The notes below the pieces were generated by a model. The model saw only the letters and a program-made list of their open reading frames with translations. It had not been told where the DNA came from and made no database searches. From Actinomycetales bacterium (lineage in GTDB: Bacteria; Actinomycetota; Actinomycetes; Actinomycetales; Quadrisphaeraceae): DNA of 49,209 nt. Shown one piece after another: positions 24,721 to 34,253 of this stretch. The position numbers and the translations under genes are program-made. Location: contig JBBSRD010000001.1 of assembly GCA_038243415.1 (NCBI GenBank), positions 1-49,209 on the forward strand, read 5' to 3'. Each line of letters begins with the position of its first letter. The first letter of the stretch is position 1.

Positions 24721-26121
24721 TCATCTTTGCCACAGCGCCAGCTCGAAGCTGCCGAAGTCCTCCCGCTCAACCTCGGCGTAGCCAGCCCCCAAGCCGATGC
24801 GGTCCGCCGTCAGTGGCTGAGCGCTCGCGAGCGGCGCAGAGACCACCCACACCCGGGAGTGCTTGAAGAGCGCAGCGGTCCGAGCCGCACCTTCGAGCTC
24901 CCGGCCGGAGATGGTGTTGCTCGCCGTGGGGGGGCTGGTGAGCAGCGGATCGTCGAGGCGGATTCCGTCGGGGAGGTACATCTGCGTCAGGCCGCGGGCC
25001 GTGGTCCCCACGAACACCACAGCGTCACCGGCTTGCCACCGTGAGGCCAGCGCCTGCGTCGCGGACCGTGGATCGTCGGACACGTAGGACTGCTCGCGCA
25101 GGTGGGCCGCTGACATGACCAGGGGAACTGTCAGAGCGACCAGGACTGCCGCTGCCACGGTTGCTGCGACGGTTTGGCGGAGCGCGACCACCGCATGCTG
25201 AAGGCCTGCCGCCGCCAGGATGGCGACCGCCGGGGCACCCGCCGAGACGTATCGGGTCTGGAAGTACGAACCGGCCAGGCTCAGCGCAACGACCGCGATG
25301 AAGGGCATGAGCAGCCACGCCACGACGAGCAGGTGAGTCCCGCCATGCCCTTTCGACCGGAAGTTGCGGTGTGCGGCCATCGCCCCGAGAACGATCAGGA
25401 CGGCAAGGACCACGGCCGTCCACCATGCACCAGCGATGACCAGGGGCAGGCGAAGCAACTGCTCGGCTCCTGCGCTGCTCGGGACCCCATCTGCCTGACG
25501 GAGACCCACGGCGACCAGGCCCAGTCCCACGAGGGCGGCGGGCACTGCTGTGAGGGTCACGGTCTTACGGGCAGCGTGCCCGGGTGCGACGAGCAGCGCG
25601 AGGACCATGCCGACAACAGCGGGCAGCCCGACGATGGGGTGAAGGAAGCCAGGCAGAGCGGCGACGACGGCGAACGTCCAGACCCGTCCCGCCGTCGGGC
25701 GCTCGCGTAGTCGCATCGCCACCAGCGCGGTCGCCGTGATCGCGAGCAGCACCAGCGGGTACGCGCGAGCTTCCTGGGCGTGCGAGGTGACCGCCGGCAT
25801 CGCGGCGACCAGGACGCCAGCCGCTGTGGCAGCACCGGTATCCGTGAGCCGTGTCGTCACGAGCACGACGAGAGCAGGGAGGACAACGGTGCACACGGCT
25901 GCCGGCAGACGGAGCCATGCCACAGAGTCGTCGATGAGCAACCACACGTGCATGACGCCGTAGAACCCGGTGAGGCCGCCGTCCGAGACCCGCAGAAGAT
26001 CGATCATGTCGACCAGAGGACGTCTGGCGGTGCTCAGCGTGTAGAACTCGTCGCGCCACAGCGGCTTGGACGAGTACTGCCATGCCGTGAGCAGGGCGGA
26101 CAGCAGGACGCCGGGAAGCAT
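24721..26121 (-). CDS. GT-C fold membrane glycosyltransferase (GT39/ArnT-like)
   Basis: Polytopic membrane protein with an early loop SKPLWRDEFYT and a C-terminal soluble domain. I prefer the ATG at 26121. In-frame alternatives exist up to 26361. Confidence 0.55.
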   Translation of the reverse strand: MLPGVLLSALLTAWQYSSKPLWRDEFYTLSTARRPLVDMIDLLRVSDGGLTGFYGVMHVWLLIDDSVAWLRLPAAVCTVVLPALVVLVTTRLTDTGAATAAGVLVAAMPAVTSHAQEARAYPLVLLAITATALVAMRLRERPTAGRVWTFAVVAALPGFLHPIVGLPAVVGMVLALLVAPGHAARKTVTLTAVPAALVGLGLVAVGLRQADGVPSSAGAEQLLRLPLVIAGAWWTAVVLAVLIVLGAMAAHRNFRSKGHGGTHLLVVAWLLMPFIAVVALSLAGSYFQTRYVSAGAPAVAILAAAGLQHAVVALRQTVAATVAAAVLVALTVPLVMSAAHLREQSYVSDDPRSATQALASRWQAGDAVVFVGTTARGLTQMYLPDGIRLDDPLLTSPPTASNTISGRELEGAARTAALFKHSRVWVVSAPLASAQPLTADRIGLGAGYAEVEREDFGSFELALWQR

Positions 26122-26376
26122 CGCCACCACCTGCGCGTGCCGGTCCCTGCCGGGGCGCTCGGACTGCAGCGACGGGTGCTCGTCCGTCTCCTGGCTGCTG
26201 TCGAGAACGTCGCTCACCAGGCCAGATTGGCAGCCGGGGTCCCGCCTGTGTCGGCCTTTGACCAAGTCGTCCGATCCACTCCCGAGCGATGCCGTCCTGC
26301 TGGCTGCAGGGGCCGAACGGGTGATCGCCTGCGCGAGCTCCTGCACCTGGAGCTGCGTCATCCCGATGGGTTCTTC

Positions 26377-27408
26377 ATGCGCGCCATCACCCGCACGGCA
26401 CTCGCCGCCGTCGCCACCACCGGGGCCCTCTGCGTGGTCCCCGCCTCGACGGTGCTCGCCACCCCCGCCGTCGTCGAGGTCTCGGCGCAGACGGCCGCTG
26501 CCTCGTCGCCCGGTCCCAGCCCGGTCCGCCTGTCCGGTCCCGACCGCCTCGCCACCGCTGTGGCCACCTCGCAGCGCCTCTTCCCTGACCCCGTCGAGAC
26601 CGTGGTGGTGGCTTCCTCGCAGACCTACGCCGACTCCATCGGCGGTGCCACGCTGGCAGGGCTGGCTGGAGGGCCGCTGCTGCTCGTCGAGCCCACCGCG
26701 CTGCCCGACACCGTGCGCACCGAGGTCGACCGCCTGCTCCACGGCGGCGGGATCGTCTATCTGCTCGGCGGCGAGAAGGCCGTCAGCTCCGCGGTCGCCA
26801 CAGCGTTGAAGGCCCCGGGTCGCCGCGTCGAGCGCATCAGCGGAGCCGACCGCTACGCCACCGCCGTGGCCGTCGCCCGGACCATCGCCGGTGACGGACC
26901 GTCCGCGGTATACCTGGCCTCGGGCACCACGTACCCCGACGGGCTCTCGGTGGCGCCTCTCGCGACCTCTGAGGGCGCCGTCGTCCTGCTCACCGATGGT
27001 GCGGCCATGCCGGAGGCCACGGCCGGGTTCCTGGCGACCGCGGACCCGGGTGGTCAGCGCACCGTCGCCGTCGGCGGCGCGGCGGCGAAGGCTGCTCCGC
27101 AGGTCCGTGCCGTGGTGGGTGCAGACCGGTACGACACCTCGGCGCGCGCCGCGGGTCTGTATGGCGGCGAGATCGGCGCGGTGGGGTTCTCCACCGGGCA
27201 GGACTGGCCGGACGCGCTGGTCGGCGCTGCGGCCATGGGCACGCTGGGCGGGCCGCTGCTGCTCACGGACGGCAGCGACCTCGGCCCGGCAAGAGGAGCA
27301 GCCGCCACCATCGCCGCCCAGCGCGAGGGCCTGCCGGCGGTGACCCTGTTCGGCGGCGAGAAGGCGATGGGTCGGGGCCTCAGCGATCAGATCGCGGGGC
27401 TGTCTTAG
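26377..27408 (+). CDS. Secreted protein with three cell-wall-binding repeat 2 (CWB2) modules
   Basis: The ATG at 26377 lies inside listed ORF 25780..27408, followed by a signal peptide. There are three repeats of the type GPDRLATAVA...ASSQTYADSIGGATLAG..GPLLLV, GADRYATAVAVA...GTTYPDGLSVAPLA and GADRYDTSARAA...GQDWPDALVGAAAMG..GPLLLT. Confidence 0.75.
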   Translation: MRAITRTALAAVATTGALCVVPASTVLATPAVVEVSAQTAAASSPGPSPVRLSGPDRLATAVATSQRLFPDPVETVVVASSQTYADSIGGATLAGLAGGPLLLVEPTALPDTVRTEVDRLLHGGGIVYLLGGEKAVSSAVATALKAPGRRVERISGADRYATAVAVARTIAGDGPSAVYLASGTTYPDGLSVAPLATSEGAVVLLTDGAAMPEATAGFLATADPGGQRTVAVGGAAAKAAPQVRAVVGADRYDTSARAAGLYGGEIGAVGFSTGQDWPDALVGAAAMGTLGGPLLLTDGSDLGPARGAAATIAAQREGLPAVTLFGGEKAMGRGLSDQIAGLS

Positions 27409-27465
27409 CCAGCGGGGGGCCTGAGCCTGGTCGCACGTCTTCTGCCGCTGATCTTTGCTTCCACA

Positions 27466-28158
27466 TCACCGCACGGGCTCTTCTGCTGGTGGCACGGAGA
27501 CTGAGGCGCCGCAGGGTGCTCCCTGACACCAGGCGATGACTTCACCAAGGATCGCGTGCGGGCGCCACTGCATCGAGGCTCCGGCGGCCAGGAGGCCGGC
27601 GATGAGCAGAAGGATGGCTGTGAGCGTCTCGGTGGTGTCCTCCACCGCCTCCAGCAGGAACATCGTCCACCCGCTGGTGAAGAGGCCGGCGACGCTGGCG
27701 CAGCTCTGCGAGACGATCAGGACCGCTGCTGCAGCGACCAGCGACCGTGCCGGACGGCCGCGGGTGCTCCATGCCACCAGGAGCAGGAAGCCGGCAACGC
27801 CTGCAGCAGCTATCGGCTGGGTGAGCGACAGGGTCGTCTCCGCGCCGAGCTCACGCCCGGCGACCTCGTGCAGGGACGCGGTCTCGTCGACGCTGAAGGC
27901 GAGACACAGGGCCGCCAGCCCCAGCCAGCACAGCCGCCGCGCTCCGACCGAGCGCCCGACCACGACGAGCGCCGTGACGGCGGCGGCAGAGAAGTGGAAG
28001 CTGGAATACCAGGTGGGGAGGTTGTTCTCCAGGTCCGCGTCAACGAGGCGCGAGTTGATCGTGACGTGGTTGACCAGGTGCAGCACGGTCAAGATGCCGA
28101 GGCCCAGAAGGCTTGCCGCCACGGCTGCGGAAAGTGGCGGACGAGGACTGTGTGTCAC
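27466..28158 (-). CDS. Hypothetical integral membrane protein
   Basis: About 6 hydrophobic helices and no recognised motif. I prefer the GTG at 28158 over the listed start at 28296, whose first 46 residues are Arg/Ser-rich. Confidence 0.45.
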   Translation of the reverse strand: MTHSPRPPLSAAVAASLLGLGILTVLHLVNHVTINSRLVDADLENNLPTWYSSFHFSAAAVTALVVVGRSVGARRLCWLGLAALCLAFSVDETASLHEVAGRELGAETTLSLTQPIAAAGVAGFLLLVAWSTRGRPARSLVAAAAVLIVSQSCASVAGLFTSGWTMFLLEAVEDTTETLTAILLLIAGLLAAGASMQWRPHAILGEVIAWCQGAPCGASVSVPPAEEPVR

Positions 28159-28515
28159 CGGGCAGACGCTACGTCCGGTGAAAGAGGTTCGACCAGCGAA
28201 CGAGCCACTGGCCGTAGCCGATCGTCGCCACGCCGTGCAGGGCCGGGATGCGCGGGCGGGACGGCACCGCGAAGGGTGGGTGAGTGCGCCGAGCACCTCC
28301 TCCTCCTCTGGGATCCCGCGACACCGAGATCGTCACGGAGCGGCCGTGATCGACCTCTGGGTGGTGAACGCCGGAAGGATCGTCGAGGACGGGTCGCGGC
28401 CGTCGTCGCTCGCGCTCCAGGCAGCACGGCGATCACCGCTGGCAGCCAGGCGACGCCGCACGCGGTCGATGCGCAGACCTGGGTGCCGACGCGGAGGTGA
28501 CCAAGGTCATTCCTG

Positions 28516-28535
28516 CTTGTCATGACAGGATGTCA
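28516..28535. promoter_or_regulatory. Operator copy 1: CTTGTCATGACAGGATGTCA (contains the perfect palindrome TGTCATGACA), candidate GntR/HutC-family binding site
   Basis: Identical 20-mer to 35116..35135. It lies ~60 nt upstream of the ATG at 28595 and is followed by a TATAGT -10-like hexamer at 28542..28547. Confidence 0.6.
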
Positions 28536-28594
28536 TGTGGCTATAGTGAGCCGCGCCGTCACCGCTGACGGCCATCGCAGAGGAGGACGGCGGC

Positions 28595-29221
28595 ATGGGC
28601 GCAGCCCCGCACGCACCCGAGCCGGCAGAGCCCGGCCTCCTGTCGATCGCCGCGGGCGGCGCCATGGGCGGGTCCACCGGCAGCTATACCAAGCACCTCG
28701 GCGACATGGCCGGCGTCTACCGCGACGGTGCCGCCTACGAGGCCAGCCTCGCCGAGCGCGGGGCCGACGCGCTGGCGTACCGCGTGGAGGAGCACCGCGC
28801 CGGCGAGGGCTCCGGTGCGCTCATCATCGGCACCAGCACCCTGCAGCCGGGGCGCTACGGCGACGAGCTCGCGCTCACCCGCGGCCACCTGCACGCCCGC
28901 CCCGACCGCGCGGAGCTCTACCACTGCCTCTCCGGCCGCGGCGTGATGCTGCTCGAGACCCTCGACGGCCGCAGCCGCGCCCTGCCGCTGGAGGCCGGCG
29001 GCGCCGTCCACGTCCCCGGGCACTGGGTGCACCGCAGCGTGAACGTCGGCGACGAGCCCTTCGTCTCCCTGTTCTGCTACGACGCCGACGCCGGCCAGGA
29101 CTACGCGCTCATAGAGGCGGCCGGCGGGATGGCCCAGCTGGTCGTCACTGACGGGAACGGCGGCTGGACCACGCGACCGAACCCCGACCACGTCGGCTAT
29201 CCCGGAGGCCGCCCGTGCTGA
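28595..29221 (+). CDS. Cupin-type glucose-6-phosphate isomerase family protein
   Basis: AGAGGAGGA lies upstream of the ATG. TRGHLHARPDRAELYHCLSGRGVMLLE...VHVPGHWVHRSVNVGDEPF is a cupin His/Glu metal motif of the archaeal-type PGI kind. Confidence 0.65.
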   Translation: MGAAPHAPEPAEPGLLSIAAGGAMGGSTGSYTKHLGDMAGVYRDGAAYEASLAERGADALAYRVEEHRAGEGSGALIIGTSTLQPGRYGDELALTRGHLHARPDRAELYHCLSGRGVMLLETLDGRSRALPLEAGGAVHVPGHWVHRSVNVGDEPFVSLFCYDADAGQDYALIEAAGGMAQLVVTDGNGGWTTRPNPDHVGYPGGRPC

Positions 29222-29640
29222 AGACCGTCGACCCGCTGCTCACCGGTCGCCTGCTGCACCTGCTCGACGACCTCGGGCACGGCGACGTGCTGGGCCTGGT
29301 GGACCGCAACTTCCCCGCCCACCGCTACGGCGTGCCGGTGGTTGACCTGCGCGGGGCGGACACCGCCGCAGCGGCCGCCGCCCTGCTGAGCGTCCTGCCG
29401 CTGGACTCCTTCATCGACGCACCGGTGCAGCGGATGGAGGTCGACGGCGCGCCCGGCGAGGAGACCCCGGCCACGGCGGCGCTCACGGCGGCAGCGCGCG
29501 CCGCCGAGGGCCGCGAGGTGGGCGTCGAGAGCGTCGAGCGGTTCGCCTTCTACGACGTCGCCCGCGCCGCCCACGTGTTCGTGCAGACCGGCGAGACCGT
29601 GCCCTTCAGCTGCTACCTGCTCCGCAAGGGCGTCGTCTAG
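29215..29640 (+). CDS. RbsD/FucU family sugar mutarotase/pyranase
   Basis: MLKTVDPLLTGRLLHLLDDLGHGDVLGLVDRNFP...ERFAFYDVARAAHVFVQTGE. Confidence 0.8.
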   Translation: MLKTVDPLLTGRLLHLLDDLGHGDVLGLVDRNFPAHRYGVPVVDLRGADTAAAAAALLSVLPLDSFIDAPVQRMEVDGAPGEETPATAALTAAARAAEGREVGVESVERFAFYDVARAAHVFVQTGETVPFSCYLLRKGVV

Positions 29641-29654
29641 CTCCTCCATCCTCG

Positions 29655-31172
29655 ATGAAACAGGTGAGCAGAGTGGCTTCACTCCTGACCGTGGAGGGCG
29701 TCCGCAAGGGCTTCCCCGGTGTCCAGGCGCTCGACGGTGTCGAGTTCGAGCTCCATCGCGGGGAGGTGCTGGCCCTCGTCGGGGAGAACGGGGCCGGCAA
29801 GTCGACCCTCATGAAGATCCTGTCGGGGATCTACACGATGGACGAGGGCTCCATCAGCATCGACGGCCGCGTCGTGGCGATCGACAGCCCCCGCACGGCG
29901 CGCGAGCTGGGCGTCAGCATCATCCACCAGGAGATCCACCTCATGCCCCACCTCACGGTGGCGCAGAACATCTGGATCGGCCGGGAGGTCCGGCGCGGAC
30001 CCTTCCTCGACGAGGGCGCCTCGAACCGCAAGACACGGGACTTCCTGGCCGACCTCGGCATCGACCTCGACCCGAGGTGGGTCGTCGGCGACCTGACCGT
30101 CGCCCAGCAGCAGATGGTCGAGATCGCCAAGTCGCTGTCCTACGACGCGACCAAGATCCTCATCATGGACGAGCCCACCTCGGCCATCAGCGCCTCGGAG
30201 ACCGAGGTGCTCTTCGCGCTCATCCGCGCCCTGCAGGCCCGGGACGTCGGCATCGTCTACATCTCCCACCGCATGGAGGAGCTGCGGCAGATCGCCGACC
30301 GGGTCACCGTGCTGCGCGACGGCCGCTACATCGGCACCCGGCCGATCGCCGAGGTCGACGACGCGGAGATCATCACCATGATGGTGGGCCGCGAGATCGC
30401 CCACCAGGCCCACGCCGCCCCGCACGTCCCGGCCCCCGACGCCGACGTCGTCCTCTCCGTCCAGGGCCTGTGCACCCGTGACCTGCTGAAGGACGTCTCC
30501 TTCGAGCTGCGCCGCGGGGAGATCCTCGGGTTCGCCGGGCTCATGGGCGCGGGGCGCACCGAGACGGCCCGCGCGGTCATCGGCGCCGACGCGATCACCG
30601 CCGGGACGATCCGCGTCAACGGCCAGGAGGTGAAGATCACCCGGCCCGACATCGCGGTCGGTCACGGCATCGGCTACCTGCCCGAGGACCGCAAGCTCCA
30701 CGGCCTCATGCTCGAGCGGGACGTCGACTTCAACACCCAGATCGCCTCGCTCCGCGACTACTGCGGCCTCCTCGGGCTGATGCAGGCCGGCAAGGGCCGC
30801 CGCATGACCGAGGGCTTCATCACGTCGCTGCGGGTCAAGACGCCGTCGAGCCGCGCCACGGTCAAGAACCTGTCGGGCGGAAACCAGCAGAAGATCGTCA
30901 TCGCCAAGTGGCTCGCGCGCCGCTGCGACGTGCTGATCTTCGACGAGCCGACCCGCGGGATCGACGTCGGCGCGAAGGAGGAGATCTACAAGCTCCTGGG
31001 GGACCTCGTCGACGAGGGAAAGTCGATCATCGTCATCTCCTCCGAGCTCCCCGAGGTCCTCCGCCTGGCCCACCGCGTGGTGGTCATGGCGGGCGGGGTC
31101 ATCACCGGCGAGCTCGAACAGGGCGACGCGGACCAGGAAACCATCATGGCCCTGGCCACCCGGAACGTGTGA
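29655..31172 (+). CDS. Sugar ABC transporter ATP-binding protein (duplicated NBD, RbsA-like)
   Basis: GENGAGKSTLMK, ILIMDEPTSA, LSGGNQQKIVIAKWL, LIFDEPTRGIDV. Confidence 0.9.
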   Translation: MKQVSRVASLLTVEGVRKGFPGVQALDGVEFELHRGEVLALVGENGAGKSTLMKILSGIYTMDEGSISIDGRVVAIDSPRTARELGVSIIHQEIHLMPHLTVAQNIWIGREVRRGPFLDEGASNRKTRDFLADLGIDLDPRWVVGDLTVAQQQMVEIAKSLSYDATKILIMDEPTSAISASETEVLFALIRALQARDVGIVYISHRMEELRQIADRVTVLRDGRYIGTRPIAEVDDAEIITMMVGREIAHQAHAAPHVPAPDADVVLSVQGLCTRDLLKDVSFELRRGEILGFAGLMGAGRTETARAVIGADAITAGTIRVNGQEVKITRPDIAVGHGIGYLPEDRKLHGLMLERDVDFNTQIASLRDYCGLLGLMQAGKGRRMTEGFITSLRVKTPSSRATVKNLSGGNQQKIVIAKWLARRCDVLIFDEPTRGIDVGAKEEIYKLLGDLVDEGKSIIVISSELPEVLRLAHRVVVMAGGVITGELEQGDADQETIMALATRNV

Positions 31173-31186
31173 GGGATGGGATCAGC

Positions 31187-32227
31187 ATGAGCACCAGCAG
31201 CGGCACCGAGCTCCAGAAGAACGAGGCGTCCGGCCCTGGAGGGCCGGCGAAGCGGAAGGGTGGGCTGGCCGCGGGGCTCGGTCAGAGCCTGCAGCAGGCG
31301 CTGGCCGCCGGCACCCTGCTGCTCCTCGTCGTCGCGTTCTGGATCGCGAGCCCCAACTTCCTCACCATCAGCAACATCACGACCATCCTCCTGTCGACCG
31401 CGGTCATCGGGATCCTGGCGCTGGGGACGACGTTCGTCATCATCACCGGCGGCATCGACCTCTCGCTGGGGACGGGGATGGCGCTGTGCTCCGTGGTCAC
31501 CGGCCTGCTGCTCGTCGACTTCGGGCTGCCGCTGGTCGTGGGGGTGATCGGCGGGATCCTCATGGGTGCGCTCATCGGCGCTGTCAACGGGTTCAACGTC
31601 ACCGTCCTCGGGCTGCCGCCGTTCATCGCGACGCTGGGCATGATGCTCATCGCGCAGGGGCTCGCGCTGGTGCTCTCCGGCGTCCGGCCGATCTACCTCA
31701 CCGAGGTCGCCGGCTTCCGCCAGATCGCCCTCGGCACCCTCGTCCCGGGGGTGCCCAACGCCGTCCTCATCCTCTTCGTCCTCACCGTCGTCTTCGGGAT
31801 CGTCCTGTCGAAGACGATGCTGGGCCGCATCACCTACGCCATCGGCAGCAACGAGGAGGCGACGCGGCTCTCCGGCATCAACACCCGGCGCTGGACCCTC
31901 GGCGTGTACGTGATGGCGGGCGCTCTCACCGGTGTGGCCGGCGTGGTCATCGCCTCGCGCCTCTCCTCGGCGCAGCCGCAGCTGGGCGTCGGCTACGAGC
32001 TGCAGGCGATCGCCGCGGTGATCATCGGCGGCACGTCGCTGCTCGGCGGGCGCGGCTCGGTCCTCGGCACGCTCATCGGCGCGCTGATCATGAGCGTCCT
32101 CATCAACGGGCTGCGCATCCTCGCGATCCAGACCGAGTGGCAGAACGTCGTCGTCGGGGTGGTCGTGATCATCGCCGTCTACGCCGACAACCTGCGCCGC
32201 CGCCGCGCCCAGGGTGGTGGTCGATGA
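31187..32227 (+). CDS. Sugar ABC transporter permease (RbsC-like)
   Basis: The ATG at 31187 lies inside listed ORF 30908..32227. TFVIITGGIDLSLG...AIGSNEEATRLSGIN...IIGGTSLLGGRGSVLGTLIGALIM. Confidence 0.9.
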   Translation: MSTSSGTELQKNEASGPGGPAKRKGGLAAGLGQSLQQALAAGTLLLLVVAFWIASPNFLTISNITTILLSTAVIGILALGTTFVIITGGIDLSLGTGMALCSVVTGLLLVDFGLPLVVGVIGGILMGALIGAVNGFNVTVLGLPPFIATLGMMLIAQGLALVLSGVRPIYLTEVAGFRQIALGTLVPGVPNAVLILFVLTVVFGIVLSKTMLGRITYAIGSNEEATRLSGINTRRWTLGVYVMAGALTGVAGVVIASRLSSAQPQLGVGYELQAIAAVIIGGTSLLGGRGSVLGTLIGALIMSVLINGLRILAIQTEWQNVVVGVVVIIAVYADNLRRRRAQGGGR

Positions 32228-32301
32228 CGGTCGGCTAGCGGCACCCACGGGCGGCTCGTCGGGCCGCCTGACCCTCGCAGCACCTTCGAAGGAGCAGGAC
32301 C

Positions 32302-33282
32302 GTGAAGCGTACGAGGTTGATGATGACCGCAGCATCCGCAGCCGTGGTGGTGATGGCTGTCAGCGGCTGCAACCGCGGCAGCGACGCCGCCGGTGGCGGT
32401 GGCGAGGGCGAGCTCGAGGTCGCCCTGATCTCCAAGGGGTTCCAGCAGCAGTTCTGGCAGGCCGTCAACACGGGAGCCCAGGAGGAGGCCGACAAGCTCG
32501 GCGTCAAGCTCACCTTCGACGGTCCGCCCGACGAGACCCAGGTCGACGCGCAGCTGCAGCAGCTGCAGACGGCGATCGACCGCAAGCCCGACGCGATCGG
32601 CTACGCGGCCCTGGACCCCAAGGCCTGCATCCCGTTGCTCGAGGGCGCGAAGGCCGCCGACATCCCCGTCGTGGAGTTCGACGCCGGGTGCGACTCCCCG
32701 GTGCCGGTCAGCATCTCCAAGACCGACAGCAAGGTCGCCGGGGCGCTCGCGGCCGACCACATGGCAGAGCTCATCGGCGGCGCCGGCAAGATCAGCATCG
32801 TCGGCCACAGCCAGATCAACTCGACCGGCGTGGAGCGCCGCGACGGCTTCATCGAGAAGATGAAGTCCGACCACCCGGACGTCGAGATCGTGGACATCCA
32901 ATACGGCGACGGCGACCAGCTGAAGTCCGCGGACATCACCAAGGCCATGATCGCGGCCAACCCGGACCTCAAGGGCATGTACGGCACCAACGAGGGGTCG
33001 GCGATCGGCATCGTCAACGCCGTCAAGGAGCTGGGCGTCGACCCCGGGCAGCTCACGATCATCGGCTTCGACTCCGGTGAGGCACAGATCAGCGCGATCA
33101 AGAGCGGGCTCATGGCCGGCGCGATCACGCAGGACCCGATCGGCATCGGCCGCTCCACCGTCGAGCAGGCCGTCAAGGCGATCAAGGGCGAGCAGGTCGA
33201 GAAGGTCGTCGACACCGGTTCGTACTGGTACGACTCGTCGAACATCGACAGCAAGGAGATCAAGCCCAAGCTCTACCAGTGA
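32302..33282 (+). CDS. Sugar ABC transporter substrate-binding lipoprotein (RbsB-like)
   Basis: Lipobox AVSGC, then a periplasmic-binding-protein type I fold: VALISKGFQQQFWQAV...GFDSGEAQISAIKSGLMAGAITQDP. Confidence 0.9.
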   Translation: MKRTRLMMTAASAAVVVMAVSGCNRGSDAAGGGGEGELEVALISKGFQQQFWQAVNTGAQEEADKLGVKLTFDGPPDETQVDAQLQQLQTAIDRKPDAIGYAALDPKACIPLLEGAKAADIPVVEFDAGCDSPVPVSISKTDSKVAGALAADHMAELIGGAGKISIVGHSQINSTGVERRDGFIEKMKSDHPDVEIVDIQYGDGDQLKSADITKAMIAANPDLKGMYGTNEGSAIGIVNAVKELGVDPGQLTIIGFDSGEAQISAIKSGLMAGAITQDPIGIGRSTVEQAVKAIKGEQVEKVVDTGSYWYDSSNIDSKEIKPKLYQ

Positions 33283-33287
33283 GGTCC

Positions 33288-33332
33288 GGGCCGCTGACCG
33301 GGCCGCCGCCGCGGTGGCCCGGTCAGCGGTCC
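33288..33332. terminator. Inverted repeat GGGCCGCTGACCGGGCC / GGCCCGGTCAGCGGTCC between convergent genes (bidirectional terminator candidate)
   Basis: 17-nt arms with one mismatch and an 11-nt spacer. The right arm overlaps the ribokinase-like stop codon. Confidence 0.5.
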
Positions 33333-34150
33333 TCAGGCAGCGGCGGCTGGGCGCCGTGGTGCTGGACGCACGCCGCGGCCGCGGCCGACGCCGCCACCAT
33401 CGCGGGGTGAGGCTCGTCCCCGTCCACCAGCCGGGCGGCGAGGGTGCCGCAGTACGCGTCGCCGGCGCCGGTGGTGTCCACCGCCGTCACCGGCGTGGCG
33501 GCCACGTGCACCTCTCCCCACCGCGAGCCAGCAGGCCCGAGGGTGATGAGCAGGGACCCCACCGGCAACCCGGCCTCGGCGAGCAGCGCCGCCTCGTGCT
33601 CGTTGACGATCACGGGGTCGCACGCTGCGAGCACGGCTGCGGGGAGCGGGGCGAACGGCGCCAGGTTGAGGATCACGCGGGCCCCCCGAGCGGTCGCGGC
33701 CTCGATCGCGGCGATCACGACGGGGTGCTCCAGCTCCAGCGGCATGAGGAGGACGTCGTCGGCGGCGAGGTCGTCGAGGAATCCGAGGTCCTCGGGGGTG
33801 ATCCGGTGGTTGGCGCCCGGGGCGACGACGATCATGTTCTCGCCGTCGTCGTCGTTGTAGATGATCGCGGTGCCCGTGGGGGCCTGTGCGTCCACCTGCA
33901 TCAGCGACGTGTCCACCCCGAAGGCGGCCAGGCGCCGCAGGTACTCCCGGCCGGGCGGGTCGTCGCCGACCTTCGCGACGAGCACCGTGGAGGCCCCCGC
34001 ACGCACCGCGGCGACGGCCTGGTTCGCGCCCTTGCCGCCGAAGCGGCGCTCGAGGTCCCCGGACATCACCGCCTCGCCGGTGCTCGGGTGGCGCGGCACG
34101 TGCAGGTGCAGGTCCTGGCTCAGCGAGCCGAGGACGACGACTCTCCCCAT
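33323..34150 (-). CDS. PfkB-family sugar kinase (ribokinase-like)
   Basis: VVVLGSLSQDL...GGKGANQAVAA...DTTGAGDAYCGTLAARL. Confidence 0.85.
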   Translation of the reverse strand: MGRVVVLGSLSQDLHLHVPRHPSTGEAVMSGDLERRFGGKGANQAVAAVRAGASTVLVAKVGDDPPGREYLRRLAAFGVDTSLMQVDAQAPTGTAIIYNDDDGENMIVVAPGANHRITPEDLGFLDDLAADDVLLMPLELEHPVVIAAIEAATARGARVILNLAPFAPLPAAVLAACDPVIVNEHEAALLAEAGLPVGSLLITLGPAGSRWGEVHVAATPVTAVDTTGAGDAYCGTLAARLVDGDEPHPAMVAASAAAAACVQHHGAQPPLPEDR

Positions 34151-34253
34151 CGGTGGTCACCTCCGGTGCGGGGGCGCGAGGGTCGGTGCGTCGTCATCGG
34201 CTGGCCCCGCCCCGGTGCGGGCCGGCCGAGGCGGCGACCCTACGGGGACCGGT

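Noticed and set aside
28159-28515. A gap of about 360 nt upstream of the operator with no called gene. A 57-codon minus-strand frame (…IPALHGVATIGYGQWLVRWSNLFHRT) ends just before the membrane-protein start.
   Set aside because: It is below a credible length, the N-terminal half is Gly/Arg-rich, and there is no RBS or recognisable motif. It is probably a remnant or a long leader/promoter region. Only homology search or expression data could rescue it.
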